Part shown: positions 31,885 through 42,265 of the stretch, piece by piece
Layout of the letters: the number at the start of each line of letters is the position of its first letter
How positions within the stretch are numbered: position 1 is the first letter of the stretch
From: Chrysochromulina tobinii
Taxonomy: Eukaryota
Direction of reading: 5' to 3'
Length of the DNA: 43,904 bases
Assembly (NCBI GenBank): GCA_001275005.1
Contig: JWZX01003311.1
Coordinates: forward strand, 1 to 43,904
The notes under the pieces: generated by a model
Told to the model about the DNA's origin: nothing
The model's input: only the letters and a program-made list of their open reading frames with translations
Database searches by the model: none
Position numbers and translations under genes: made by a program

Positions 31885-34443
31885 CTATTCGCACGGGCAC
31901 ATGCACAGCCGCAGGCACAGCGCGTCGCGCATGCCGCAGAGGGAGAGCGGGCCGGCAGTGCACCAGCGCGGCAGCAGGCTCAGCAGGAAGAACGGTAAGC
32001 CGTCGTCGTGTGATGGCAACCGCTCGAGCGGCGGCGCCGTCTCGAGCGGCGGCGCCCAGCACGGCGCTCTCTCGAGCGGCGGCGCCCAACACGGCGTCGA
32101 GCTCGTCGCCGTCGACTTCGTTTGTTCGCGCGCCGCCGCTCGCCTCGCTACCCGCCGTTCAGCCTTCTCTGTCCGATGAGCCCCAAGCGACGTGACAGGC
32201 GACTGTGAATGTGAATGTGAATGAGCCCCAAGCGACGTGACAGGCGACTGTGAATGTGAATGTGAATGAGCCCCAAGCGACGTGACAGGCGACGTGGGCT
32301 TCTGAGGCTCAGCTGGCGCCGCAGTTGGGCGAGAGGCAGGCGGCGCAGCATCGAGCTCCTTACGTGCCTCTGGGATATGGCTCACTGCTCGCCTCTGCTG
32401 CTCGGCTTTGCCTATTCGGGGGGCGGGGAGCTTCTCCCGGGAGCTCTCCCGCCTCTGCCTCTCTGCCTCCCTCGTCTTCGTCTGCCTCTCCGTCTCAAGT
32501 GCGTACGTCGCCGACGCCGGCTGTGCCGAGGCCGGCTGTGACGGCTGTGACGAAGCCGGCAGTGAAGAAGCCGACGGTTGTGACGGCTGTGACGAAGCCG
32601 GCAGCCCCCGCAGATACAAAGGCTGCCCTCCCGGCCGCGGCGGCGGCGGCGGCGGATGGAGCTGCTGCCGCACGCTGGCATACAGCACTGAGCTCCGGAC
32701 GGCGTGAACGACCCACGAGAAGGAGCCGCCGCAATTGACGTGCCGCCATGTAACCGACGCCCACAACGGCGCGTGTACCGGGTCTTCAAAGGGGGGCGCC
32801 ATGGTCTTTCGTGAGACGGCGAGGGCGACGAGCCGACCTGCCGGACGGAGCACGCGCGCGCCCTCGTGCATCGCCGTGTGGTAGAGATGGCGCAGCCCGC
32901 CGCCGCCGCCTCGCACCTTGTGCGTAATCCCAAAGGGGAGGTCCACGATGAGCACATCGACGCAGGCGTGGCGCAGGCCAATCTGGTGCGCCGACCAGAT
33001 GCACGGCAGAACCCCGCCTGCCTGCGCGGTGCCCGTACGGCGCCGTATCGGGCGGTTCGCCGCATGCCACGCAAGCTCGGCGGCGCTCAGCGGCGCGGGG
33101 AGCGCCGTCGCGGGCGGTGGCGGCGCCGTCTCGGGCATCGTGTTACCTAATTTGGGCGGAGGCGTCGTCTCGGGCGGGGCGAGCCCTCGTCGCTCTGCGA
33201 TGGAGGCCAGATCTCCGAGCGCGAGGTACGGCGCGCCGTCCCGAGCGGCATGTGCATGCGCCGTGTGAAGGTGGCGACCGTTGGCGGCAGCTTGCCTCAA
33301 CACGTGCTCGTCGATGTCCCCGGCGATGGCACAGCCGCAGCAGGTTTGGGCGGCGGCCACGAGTGGCACGGTGCCAATCCCACACCTGATGAGGGGCGCA
33401 ATCAGAGGTCATCATAGGTCATCAGAGGCCATCAGAGGCCATCAGAGGCCATCAGAGGCCATCAGAGGCCATCAGAGGCCATCAGAGTGGCACGGTGCCA
33501 ATTCCGCACATCGGATCGAGCACCACGTCCCCCGGCGCCACGCCCGCCAGCCGCAGCATCAGATACGCTGTCGATGAGCGAAGCCGCGCGGTGCAATCCG
33601 CGTAGGGTAGTAGGGGTCGGGGCTCGGGCGCCATGCTGCACTTCATGGACTTACCTGATGAGGGCGACCATCAGAGGTAATCAGCGGTCATCAGAGGTCA
33701 TCAGATGTCATCAGAGGTCATCAGAGGTCATCAGAGGTCATTAGAGGTCATTAGAGGTCATTAGAGGCACTCAGAGGATTGCACTTCATGGACTTGCCGC
33801 TGATGAGATTGATGCCGACGAGCAGCTCGCCCTGCAGCAGGAACGCGACCACCTCCAGGTCGAATCCCGTCAGGTCGACACGTAGGCGACGCTGCAAGTG
33901 CACCGCGGCTCCGATGGCCTGCGCCAGGTCGACCGACTTGAACGCATGCATGCCATCACGCACCGCGTTCGCTCGGAAGCTGAGCGCATCGTCAGCGGGC
34001 GCTGCATGCAGCGGCTCCAGTCGGCAGTGGCGCCACGTGCGTACGGCGCTCGCCCAGCGGTCCGCCGCTGCGCCCATCACCTGCTTCGTCAGCGCGACGG
34101 CTTCCGCAGTAAGCGGCAGCCCTGACGCGAATGCGATCGGCGCCAAGAGTGCGGATATGCACGGGAGCAGCGTGAGCGCCATGCGCTGTGTGCGCCAGCC
34201 GTCGGCGTCCAATGGCCGTGGCAGCGAGAAGAGCAACTTTCCAACACCCGCTTGACCCGGAAAGACATGGCCCGGCACCGAGACGTCGCAGTTGGCACCC
34301 CAATTATCGCTACGCGGCGGAACGCACACGGGCGTGATGCTGGACACAGGTATGCCAAGCTGCTGAGCGATGCACGCGGCTGCCAGATCCTCGAACCCGC
34401 CCGGGACGCAGACGACGTACTCGACCGGGTGCTCGTCGGCCAT
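31885..34443 (-). CDS. THUMP-domain RNA methyltransferase (THUMPD2/3, Trm14-like); exons 34443-33798, 33654-33510, 33385-31885
   Basis: N-terminal VPGGFEDLA and THUMP-like SFRANAVRDGMHAFKSVDLAQAIGAAV...VDLTGFD. Splicing creates the SAM motif VLDPMCGIGT. Also IVDLPFG and RVLRPAG. Low-complexity tail. Confidence 0.87.
33386..33509 (-). repeat. Family A repeat intron with 25-bp flanking duplication
   Basis: AT|GTGCGGAATTGGCACCGTGCCACTC, (TGATGGCCTC)n, then ...CCCCTCATCAG|GTGTGGGATTGGCACCGTGCCACTC. Confidence 0.85.
33655..33797 (-). repeat. Family A repeat intron with GC donor
   Basis: G|GCAAGTCCATGAAGTGCA...CCCTCATCAG|GTAAGTCCATGAAGTGCA. Confidence 0.8.
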
Positions 34444-34600
34444 AGATTTACGTGAATATAAACACGCGAGTTCTGAGCTCGGCGTTTCTGTGAACGTTGT
34501 GAGACGACAACTCTTTCGATTCCGTACAATTGTACCTAGAACGCCGGGCTTCCCCCTTTACTGCTTTTCTTGCTTGCTTCCCCTTTCTTGCATACACATC

Positions 34601-35629
34601 TCACAGCTCCTCATGCCACGCACCAGCCGCCATGAGCACTTTGAACGACTTCTTGTTTTTGTGCTTCGCCGCCAAGTGCAGGGGCGTGGCTTTGTTGATG
34701 TCCTGCGCCTCCGCCGACGCGCCGGCCGCCACCAACGCCTGAATCGACTGCGTATGGTCCATCTCTGCAGCCATGTGCAGCGGCGTGGACTTCTCATCGT
34801 CCCGCGAATGGACCGACGCACCCGCCGCCACCAACGCCCGGATCGACTCTGTATGACCGTAATACGCGGCCAAGTGCAGCGGGGTGGCCTTCTCGTCGGT
34901 CAGTGCGTTCACGAACGCACCCCCTGCCACCAGAGCCTCGATCGAGTCGGTTTGGCCAAACTTGGCGGCCAAATGCAGTGGGGTGATGCTCTCGTGCTCC
35001 TGCGCCTCGATCGCCGCACCCGCCGCTAACAACGCCTTGATCAGTAAAACATGGCCCTTCTCGGCCGCCACGTGAAGCGCTGTGGCGTTGCCGTCGTCCC
35101 GCGCATGAACCGATGCACCCGCTGCTACTAACGTCTGAATCGACTCCGCATGGCCGTTGAACGCTGCCACCTGCAGCGGTGTCGCACCATCTTCGTCCCG
35201 CGCATCGACCGGTGCACCCGCCGCCAGCAGAGCCTCGATGGCCTCCGTCTGGCCCGTACTTGCGGCCATGTGCAGCGGCGTGGATTCATCTTGGTCCTGC
35301 GCATCAATCGCCGCCCCCGCCGCCAACAACGCCTTGATCGACTCCGTACGCCCCCACTCGGCAGCCAAGTGCAGCGGCGTCGACTCATCTTGGTCCCGCG
35401 CATCAACCAATGCACCCGCCGCCAACAATGCCTCAACAGACTCCGTTTGGCCGTTCCTGGCAGCCCAGTGCAGCGGCGTGGCTTGTTTTCGTTCGTCCCG
35501 CGCATCGACCGAATGCCCTTCCGCCATCAATGACTTCAGCTGACTGACGTCGTTTTTCTTCGCGGCATCGTGCAAGTCAGCACACGCTGCGAGCGCGAGT
35601 CCGAGAGCGATTATGGCGAAGAACAGCAT
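34601..35629 (-). CDS. Ankyrin-repeat protein with signal peptide and C-terminal HEEL
   Basis: MLFFAIIALGLALAACA leader, about nine 33-aa repeats of the TPLHLAA..G....I.ALLAAGA type, ending HEEL-stop. Confidence 0.9.
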   Translation of the reverse strand: MLFFAIIALGLALAACADLHDAAKKNDVSQLKSLMAEGHSVDARDERKQATPLHWAARNGQTESVEALLAAGALVDARDQDESTPLHLAAEWGRTESIKALLAAGAAIDAQDQDESTPLHMAASTGQTEAIEALLAAGAPVDARDEDGATPLQVAAFNGHAESIQTLVAAGASVHARDDGNATALHVAAEKGHVLLIKALLAAGAAIEAQEHESITPLHLAAKFGQTDSIEALVAGGAFVNALTDEKATPLHLAAYYGHTESIRALVAAGASVHSRDDEKSTPLHMAAEMDHTQSIQALVAAGASAEAQDINKATPLHLAAKHKNKKSFKVLMAAGAWHEEL

Positions 35630-35776
35630 TGGATGAAAACGCACGCGTGTGACGTTGACGCGCGGACGCATCCAAATATAGGGATTTCGGTACAGGTTTG
35701 CATGCAAAATTTTTGTGTGCCTGCTTGCTGCACCCGACGACGCGTCCGCACCCACATCCTTCTATTCCGCCCTTTT

Positions 35777-36385
35777 TTAAGCCCTTTTAAACCTTCGTGT
35801 GAGGGTCGGCCCACCACCGGCGGCCATGAGCTCGAGGACCATTTCATCATCGGCTCGCAGCGAGCGGCGCCAGTCGTACGCGCTCGGCTGCTGGCGCGTC
35901 AGCAGCAGCGCGCCACCGCTCTCCCAAACCGCCGTGTACCGCTCCTGCGCGCCCGTCGAGGCGGTGGTCACGTGCTCCTTCCCGTCAAGCTCGTGGCTCA
36001 ATGTCACCATGGACGGGTGATTGATCGTCGTCGTGATCCGTGAGGCGTCCATTTTGATCGTGTGTGTGATCCTGTTGAGGCCAAAGTTGATGGCGGCGAA
36101 GCTCTCGATCTCATCCTTGGCGACGCCGATCGCCGCGTAGAATGCCCACGGATCGCCACTGAGGGTGACGTTGAGCCAGACGCCGCTGAAATCGGTCGGA
36201 GGCCGAGAGCGCGCCGACATCTCATTGGGCAGGGTCTTGAGACCGCGTGTGAGCGAGCGGCGGCAGATCAGTGCCACCAAAAGCGAGAGCACAGCAATGA
36301 CGAGGACTGGACGGGCGGATGTGGCGGCCTCTGCCTCGTGCAATCGCAAGCGAAGCTGAAACACCGAGGGCAAGAAGCCTGCCAT
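35777..36385 (-). CDS. Lipocalin/fatty-acid-binding-protein-like protein with an N-terminal membrane segment
   Basis: Hydrophobic stretch VLVIAVLSLLVALIC. DFSGVW (GxW motif) followed by AFYAAIGV and a beta-strand pattern like FABPs. Confidence 0.6.
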   Translation of the reverse strand: MAGFLPSVFQLRLRLHEAEAATSARPVLVIAVLSLLVALICRRSLTRGLKTLPNEMSARSRPPTDFSGVWLNVTLSGDPWAFYAAIGVAKDEIESFAAINFGLNRITHTIKMDASRITTTINHPSMVTLSHELDGKEHVTTASTGAQERYTAVWESGGALLLTRQQPSAYDWRRSLRADDEMVLELMAAGGGPTLTRRFKRA

Positions 36386-36635
36386 CTCGTAATCTGAGCA
36401 GGCTCGTCACGCGCTCCCACCTGCGGGCCTGCTCCACCGTGAGCACCTTCGGCCTCAAACAATATCCCGTCCCTCGGGCTTTAGTACCGGGGTGGCGGCG
36501 TGGCGGGCGCGTGCGTGTGGCGCCGCGTCCTGCACGACGTCAAAATTGCGACTATTTAGGGCAAGTTTGGGATTGCCGAAACTCGACTTTTCACTTACTA
36601 TTCACACGTTTGAAAGCGAGATTCTCACAGCCCTC

Positions 36636-38732
36636 TCAGCTAGACCTCAGCTGGATTGAGGTCTTCCTCCGATGCGCGCGTGCCTCATGGAGTCTCAAGG
36701 CCGCTGCGTCAGCAAACCTCTCCCTGCAGCCTACGGCGAAGCAGACGTGCATTCGAGAGGCCCGCCGCGCCTGCTCGGCTGCCCGCGCCGCCTGATAAGC
36801 TGTTGCAACCTGCCGCTCGCATTCTCTCAAGGCCGCCACTGCCTCGTCGGCCGCCGTAACGGCCGCGATCTCCCTGGTGGCGAGATGTTCCACATGAAGC
36901 GCCACGGCTGCCTCCGTGTGCTTGGCTCGCTCGTCCTCTGCCTCCAACCTCGCCAACTGCCGGCGTGCCTCTCGAGCGGCCTCCGCCTTTGGCCGCGCCA
37001 ACGCCTTTTGACGGCGCGTGCCGGGGACAGATGGCGCCGCCGCCGCCGCCTGTGGGAGGAAGGCTGCGAGGGGCATCGAGCTGCGTCCCTCCCGGGATGG
37101 TGCAAGAGGGGCCAGCCCCAGCTTCCGCTTCAGACCCACCATCGACCGAATCACTTCGCCATCTATCGGGTCCACCATATAAATGTCCCCGCGGCTGCAG
37201 CTGCCAGGAGGGCGTAGGACGTACGCGATGCTCCACTCGTGCACCACCAGGCTGCAGTTGCCGCCTCGCTTCGCCGCCTCGGCCCTCTCCAGCAGCTCCA
37301 TCGCCTTAGCCTCTCCCATGGCCTTGGCGCGCGTCATCACATCGTTCGTTCCATCGATTTCGCCGTGTTGGGCTCCATCTGCGGCAGAGGGCTCTGCCCT
37401 GTCCAGCATGACAGCTGCGGTCGAGGAGCCTTGCGCAGCCTCTTTACCCTCAGGACCAGGGTGCTCCTCTGACTTTGCCGCAGCCTCTTTACCCTCATGA
37501 CCAGGGTGCTCCTCTGACTTTGCCGCAGCCTCTTTAGCCTCAGGACTAGGGTGCTCCTCTGACTTTGCCGCAGCCTCTTTAGCCTCAGGACCAGGGTGCT
37601 CCTCTGACTTTGCCGCAGCCTCTTTAGCCTCAGGACCAGGGTGCTCCTCTGACTTTGCCGCAGCCTCTTTACCCTCATGACCAGGGTGCTCCTCTGACTT
37701 TGCCGCAGCCTCTTTACCCTCATGACCAGGGTGCTCCTCTGACGTTGCCGCAGCCGCCTTCGCTGCAGCCAGCGCGGCGCGCTGGTCGCGCGCCCGAATC
37801 CACGCCGCCGCCGCCGCCGCCGCCTCGGCCTTTGCCGCCTCAATCGCCGCCGCCACGGCAGCCGCCGCTGCCAGCTCCTCCTCCGCGACCGCCGCTGCCT
37901 CGACCTCGGCGTCCGCCTCGGCCTTCTCGAGCGTCGCCTCGCCTCCTCGCACCGCCTCTGCCGCTGCCGTTGACGCCTCCTTGGCTCTCCTGAGCTCCTG
38001 TTGCGCCTGCTCCAGTTCCATTCGAACGCTGAGCACCGCCTTCTGAGCGGCCTCGACAGCAGCAAGCGCCTCGTCGGCGGCGGCCTCGGCGTCGGCGACA
38101 GCAGCGTCCTCTGCTTCGGCTTCGTCGTCGTCCAGCTTCTCCTCCGCCACCTCACAACGGCTGTGCGAGCTGCGCGGATTCATGGCGCAGACCCAATGTT
38201 GGCCCTCGCCCACAGTAGTACCGACCGGGAGGCTCCGCCACTTGGTGCAATCTTCGCACTGGACCCAGAGCTTGGCAACGCCCTCGGGCAACTCTCTCGT
38301 CCTCCTCTTTGTCCTCCTCTCGTCTTCCTCGTCGTCCTCATCGGGATTCTCCTGTGGCGTATTGCAGTTCATGCGTCGGAAGAGGGTGCCCATCATCGAG
38401 CAAGCCCAATAGTCGGTCGACAACAGAGCCGCGTCGGACACCGGCATCCGCCGCCACTTATGGCACGCATCACAGCTCACCCAAGTCATCTTCACGTCCG
38501 ACGCCTCCTTGTTGGCGCTCTCTCTGGCATCACGATGACCTCTGGCATCTCTCTTCTTCTTCTTGGCGGCGCTCTTTCGGTGCATGCTCACATCAGCCTC
38601 GACTTTGACCTCAGGCTCATCGACCTCGACTTCGACCTCTTCGTCTACCTCGTCATCAGCCTCGGCTTCGACCTCCAGAACCTCCTCGTCGTCCTCGGCG
38701 GCGGGCACAAAGGTTGCCACCACAGTAATCAT
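36636..38732 (-). CDS. Chromatin protein: two zf-CW domains, MBD-like domain and C-terminal C2H2 finger
   Basis: zf-CW motifs WVSCDACHKWRR...WACSM..C and WVQCEDCTKWRSLP...WVCAMNP...C. MBD-like WSIAYVLRPPGSCSRGDIYMVDP.DGEVIRSM. C2H2 motif CFAVGCRERF...HEARAH. NLS-like KKKKR. Confidence 0.8.
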   Translation of the reverse strand: MITVVATFVPAAEDDEEVLEVEAEADDEVDEEVEVEVDEPEVKVEADVSMHRKSAAKKKKRDARGHRDARESANKEASDVKMTWVSCDACHKWRRMPVSDAALLSTDYWACSMMGTLFRRMNCNTPQENPDEDDEEDERRTKRRTRELPEGVAKLWVQCEDCTKWRSLPVGTTVGEGQHWVCAMNPRSSHSRCEVAEEKLDDDEAEAEDAAVADAEAAADEALAAVEAAQKAVLSVRMELEQAQQELRRAKEASTAAAEAVRGGEATLEKAEADAEVEAAAVAEEELAAAAAVAAAIEAAKAEAAAAAAAWIRARDQRAALAAAKAAAATSEEHPGHEGKEAAAKSEEHPGHEGKEAAAKSEEHPGPEAKEAAAKSEEHPGPEAKEAAAKSEEHPSPEAKEAAAKSEEHPGHEGKEAAAKSEEHPGPEGKEAAQGSSTAAVMLDRAEPSAADGAQHGEIDGTNDVMTRAKAMGEAKAMELLERAEAAKRGGNCSLVVHEWSIAYVLRPPGSCSRGDIYMVDPIDGEVIRSMVGLKRKLGLAPLAPSREGRSSMPLAAFLPQAAAAAPSVPGTRRQKALARPKAEAAREARRQLARLEAEDERAKHTEAAVALHVEHLATREIAAVTAADEAVAALRECERQVATAYQAARAAEQARRASRMHVCFAVGCRERFADAAALRLHEARAHRRKTSIQLRSS
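37436..37755 (-). repeat. Coding minisatellite, ~7 x 45 bp (SEEHPG[H/P]E[G/A]KEAAAK)
   Basis: Near-identical tandem units in frame within the zf-CW gene. Confidence 0.9.
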
Positions 38733-39014
38733 GGGACCATTTTTCCGTCTTCTGCGCCGGAAATTGCCGTTTCATTTTCGCGGTCGAGACAGACTGGCAA
38801 GAATTCCCGCAGCGCGATGAAACTTGGGATGGCAGGCACCCGGATGTACCCCTCGTTATGTGGAAGCGAAAGTCCAAGTTTGGTGCAATTGTAATTCCTA
38901 TATGAGAGAACGTCCTCCGTCCACACACGTGCGCCAAGGGTCCACTGGTCGCGTCCCTGGATTGCATCTGGGACTGCGTGACGCTGGCGCCTGCGACCTC
39001 CGCGGCCTCGAGCC

Positions 39015-39848
39015 ATGCAAGTGCTGCGCAACGTGAGCTACGGCGCCACGCGGAATTGCTCGACGTGCCCGAGCTGTGAATGCATGGACCTCTACGTGCC
39101 CCCTTACCATCCCATATCTCGCCTTGTGGTCTTTGCTCACGGCGGATTGTGGTGCAGTGGCTCTCGCATCGAAATCGACGAGGTGTGCACCGCTTTGGCC
39201 ACCGAGCAGGCGGTGGCCTGCGCGACGGTGGACTACCCGTACTCGCAAGACCTGGGAGGTTGCTGCATCGAAGATGACCCACGCTGCAACGAGACGGTAA
39301 CGAGGCAGGCGGGCAGCCTCGCGCGCGCCTTTGCCCATGCAACGGCCCTGCTACCCGCCCAAGCCCATCTCCTCGGCGGCCACTCTGCAGGCGGCCATCT
39401 CGCGCTGTTGCTCTCGATGCGCTGGGCAGAGCTCGCGCCCGCGCAGAGCGCGCCGCCCGATGGCTTCGTGGGCGTCGAAGGCATCTACAACGCCTCGCTC
39501 TGGGACGCCTACGACGAGGCGCACTTCAAGGGCCGCTTCAGCTGCCCCACGCGCCAAGCCTTTGGTGAGCCTGCCGAGAACCCCGACTGGCGCGCCAACT
39601 CGCCCACGGCCGTTGCGGCACAGGCGGCGCCGGTGGGCCCGTGTATGCTGCTGCACTCGCCGGGCGACGACTACGTCCAGGTGCAGGAGGCCGTCGCGCT
39701 CTACGAGGTCCTGAAGCCGGCGCCCGGGGGCGTGCCGCACCGTATCGACATCGCGGGTGGTTGCGTGCAAGGCGAGCATGAGGACGTGCTCGAGGGCGCA
39801 AGCGCGCAGTCGCTGGCGCGCTGCATGGCGCAGATGGTTCTGACATAG
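39015..39848 (+). CDS. Alpha/beta hydrolase (HSL-like/kynurenine formamidase-like esterase)
   Basis: HGG oxyanion motif (VFAHGGLW), VDY, nucleophile GHSAG, HSPGDDYV and GEH. Confidence 0.82.
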   Translation: MQVLRNVSYGATRNCSTCPSCECMDLYVPPYHPISRLVVFAHGGLWCSGSRIEIDEVCTALATEQAVACATVDYPYSQDLGGCCIEDDPRCNETVTRQAGSLARAFAHATALLPAQAHLLGGHSAGGHLALLLSMRWAELAPAQSAPPDGFVGVEGIYNASLWDAYDEAHFKGRFSCPTRQAFGEPAENPDWRANSPTAVAAQAAPVGPCMLLHSPGDDYVQVQEAVALYEVLKPAPGGVPHRIDIAGGCVQGEHEDVLEGASAQSLARCMAQMVLT

Positions 39849-40372
39849 GTCTCTCGTTGTCTGTTTCATAGCGTCGTTCACAGATGGTTCTGACATAGGT
39901 CTCTCGGTGGTTCCAAGCAGTCGAGCGAGCGCCATCAAGTGCACCAGAGGTGCGGAGCGACCGAGCGGGCCGCGCTTTCGACGGCTCTACTCGGATCTAC
40001 TCTACTGGTCTGAGTGCACCACACGCTGTGCAAACTCATGCACACTAGCGAGTGCCAGATCGGAAATGAGAACTCTCTGTGTCCAAAGCGGGGCCAATGA
40101 CAGACGCACAGAGCACAAAAGACACCCCCATTTACTAAAGTGTAGTACTATGAGCTTGGATACACCACACATCGCTTTCCCACAGGGCTGCTGTGGCACC
40201 CCAGAATCAGTACGCTACAGTCAAGGCCACACCGGACGCCACACGCGCACACGGATTATCGTCTTATTCGGGCCGGAACGTGTCGAGCCCAGACCAGTGT
40301 ATGGGGGTAAAGCGCCTCACGAAACGCCTCTTAGCTCGCTGCGCCGCGCAGGGCCATCCACCCGTGCTGCCC

Positions 40373-42265
40373 TCAGGCGCGGTGGCGGATGGGCCGCTCT
40401 TTGTGCGTGCTCATGTTGGACTGCACCGAACGACTAAAATCCACCCAGTAGTTCCAGCGGCCGGCGTACAGGAGAGTGCCTTGGCGGCCCGCGCGACGGG
40501 CGAGGGCGATCTGGCCGCAGGCAGACGGATGGTACGCCTTCCAGCTGCTGTCCGTGTCCTGCCACTCCCACGTGCCATCGACGGCCGGATCGGCCGGGAC
40601 CTCGCGACGGACGGGCCGACCGAACTTTGTGCTCATGTTGTATTGCATCATTTCGTCGAAGTTGATGACGTAAGTGGAGCTGTGTTTGCCTGAAACTCTC
40701 GCTCCTGTACTGACGGCGTGCAGGTCCACCGTGACGCGCTTTGCGTCCCCAAAGGCTGCCTCGATGCTCGCGGCCAAGGCGCCCTCGTATGGCTTCCACC
40801 GGTCGCCGTCGTCGAGCCAGGACCAGGCGGCAGGTGAAGAAACAGAAGATGCAGCCCCTTCGAAACTGCAAAAGGCAAAGGCGGCCTTGTGGCTATGTGT
40901 GATGAGCACCTCGTTCGCTTTGGGCTTGCCCTTCTCCGGCGACGTGAGCACCCTGGCTGTCACGTTGGGCGCCTTCTCGCCCACTTTGCTCAGCCCAGCG
41001 CTTGCGTTGCTCGTGAAGATCATGATTGGCACGGATAGCTTCAACCCCCATATCTCACGCGCGAGGATTGCCCCTGCGTGCGTACCCTCCGGCTCCCTTG
41101 GCCGACCCATGTCCGAAATCACACGAAAATGGCCGTTCTTCCTCACTTGCAGCCCAAACCAAGACTCAAGGAACGCGAGAGCGAGGTGCGTCGACGGCTT
41201 CAGAATGTACTTGATCTCGCGGCCAGCTTTGACCATGGCCTCTTCCATCATCGCTTTCATCTCAAACTCCTTGCCAAGGATGTTGTCGTCCACCCACAGC
41301 AGCGGTAAGCCCTTAGTAGTGAGGCCCAGCTCCACTTCGCGCAAGTGGATGACGTAATGGCCATCGGAGTGCTCGCGCTTGATCACCAGCAGCCGAGTGA
41401 AGGGCGTGAAGAGCACCTCATCTTCCTCTGCAGCGTAATTGGAGAAGCGCGCGATGTGCCGCCCTTTGATCGACCAGATGATAAACTTGCAGTTGCGGCC
41501 TCTGAATGAGCTCGCAGCTTCGCTTCCCTTTTTCGTGCTTGAGAACTGCATCCACGTGATGACGCTGCCTGGCTCGTAAATCGCGGCAGTGTCGTCGTTC
41601 AAGGTAATGTAGCGCACGCAGTAGCCCCAGTAGTAAGGCAGGTTGCGAAGTGCCATGGAGAGGAAATAGATGATGTGATTATACTTATCGAGGTACTCGC
41701 TCACCTCACCCTCGTTATTCATCATCATATTGCCTTTGCGCACCTGCAGAGAAGCGCCGCGCGACGCCTGATTGCTGCCCGAACCCGTGTAGAAGGAAAG
41801 CGCAAACACACAGCACTGTGCATCCTCAAGTGCGACGCCAGCATCTGTGAACACCTTGTAGTTGGCCTCGGAGCAAACACCGCGCTTGTGTGGTGGCGTT
41901 GCACCATCCTTGTTCTGCTCCCACGCCGCAGTGATCTGCTGGATCATCTTGACCTTGCGTTTCGCCGGCGTCGGCTCAACGTGGAGGGACTCGCTCGTGT
42001 AGACGTCGACGCACAGTGCTCTGTTGCTCAAGTCCGATTTTGCGATCGCTGTTGGCTCTGCGTACCTGAGGAAGCCCTCCGATTCAGGGTCGTTCAACTG
42101 AAACCCGCGTGCTTCGAAGTCGTCGCGGTGCTTTTTCTTGAGCTTCGACGTTGCGACAGTGAAGAGCGAGTGCTTGAGCTCCTCATCCGACTGGTGATCG
42201 AGGAGATCTCGCTCGTCCTCAGCCAGGAGCTCAGCCAGGAGTTCAGCTTGGCAAGAACCTGGCAT
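40373..42265 (-). CDS. ARTC-type (R-S-E) ADP-ribosyltransferase + receiver-like domain + two WWE domains
   Basis: ART motifs ALSFYT, ALRNLP...CVRY, W.QFSST and EEDEVLF. Receiver-like LLWVDDN...VISDMGR...PIMIFTS. WWE motifs WSWLDDGDRWKPY...YVINFDEMMQYN...RPVRR and WEWQDTDSSWKAY...YWVDF...Q.N...RPIR. The first ATG in frame is at 42265. Confidence 0.82.
   Translation of the reverse strand: MPGSCQAELLAELLAEDERDLLDHQSDEELKHSLFTVATSKLKKKHRDDFEARGFQLNDPESEGFLRYAEPTAIAKSDLSNRALCVDVYTSESLHVEPTPAKRKVKMIQQITAAWEQNKDGATPPHKRGVCSEANYKVFTDAGVALEDAQCCVFALSFYTGSGSNQASRGASLQVRKGNMMMNNEGEVSEYLDKYNHIIYFLSMALRNLPYYWGYCVRYITLNDDTAAIYEPGSVITWMQFSSTKKGSEAASSFRGRNCKFIIWSIKGRHIARFSNYAAEEDEVLFTPFTRLLVIKREHSDGHYVIHLREVELGLTTKGLPLLWVDDNILGKEFEMKAMMEEAMVKAGREIKYILKPSTHLALAFLESWFGLQVRKNGHFRVISDMGRPREPEGTHAGAILAREIWGLKLSVPIMIFTSNASAGLSKVGEKAPNVTARVLTSPEKGKPKANEVLITHSHKAAFAFCSFEGAASSVSSPAAWSWLDDGDRWKPYEGALAASIEAAFGDAKRVTVDLHAVSTGARVSGKHSSTYVINFDEMMQYNMSTKFGRPVRREVPADPAVDGTWEWQDTDSSWKAYHPSACGQIALARRAGRQGTLLYAGRWNYWVDFSRSVQSNMSTHKERPIRHRA

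Noticed and set aside
32176..32293. 51-bp tandem repeat in the THUMP gene tail
   Set aside because: An in-frame low-complexity expansion with no sign of independent function.
33410..33490. Decamer arrays as interstitial telomere repeats
   Set aside because: They do not resemble TTAGGG-type repeats and are tied to intron position and gene orientation.
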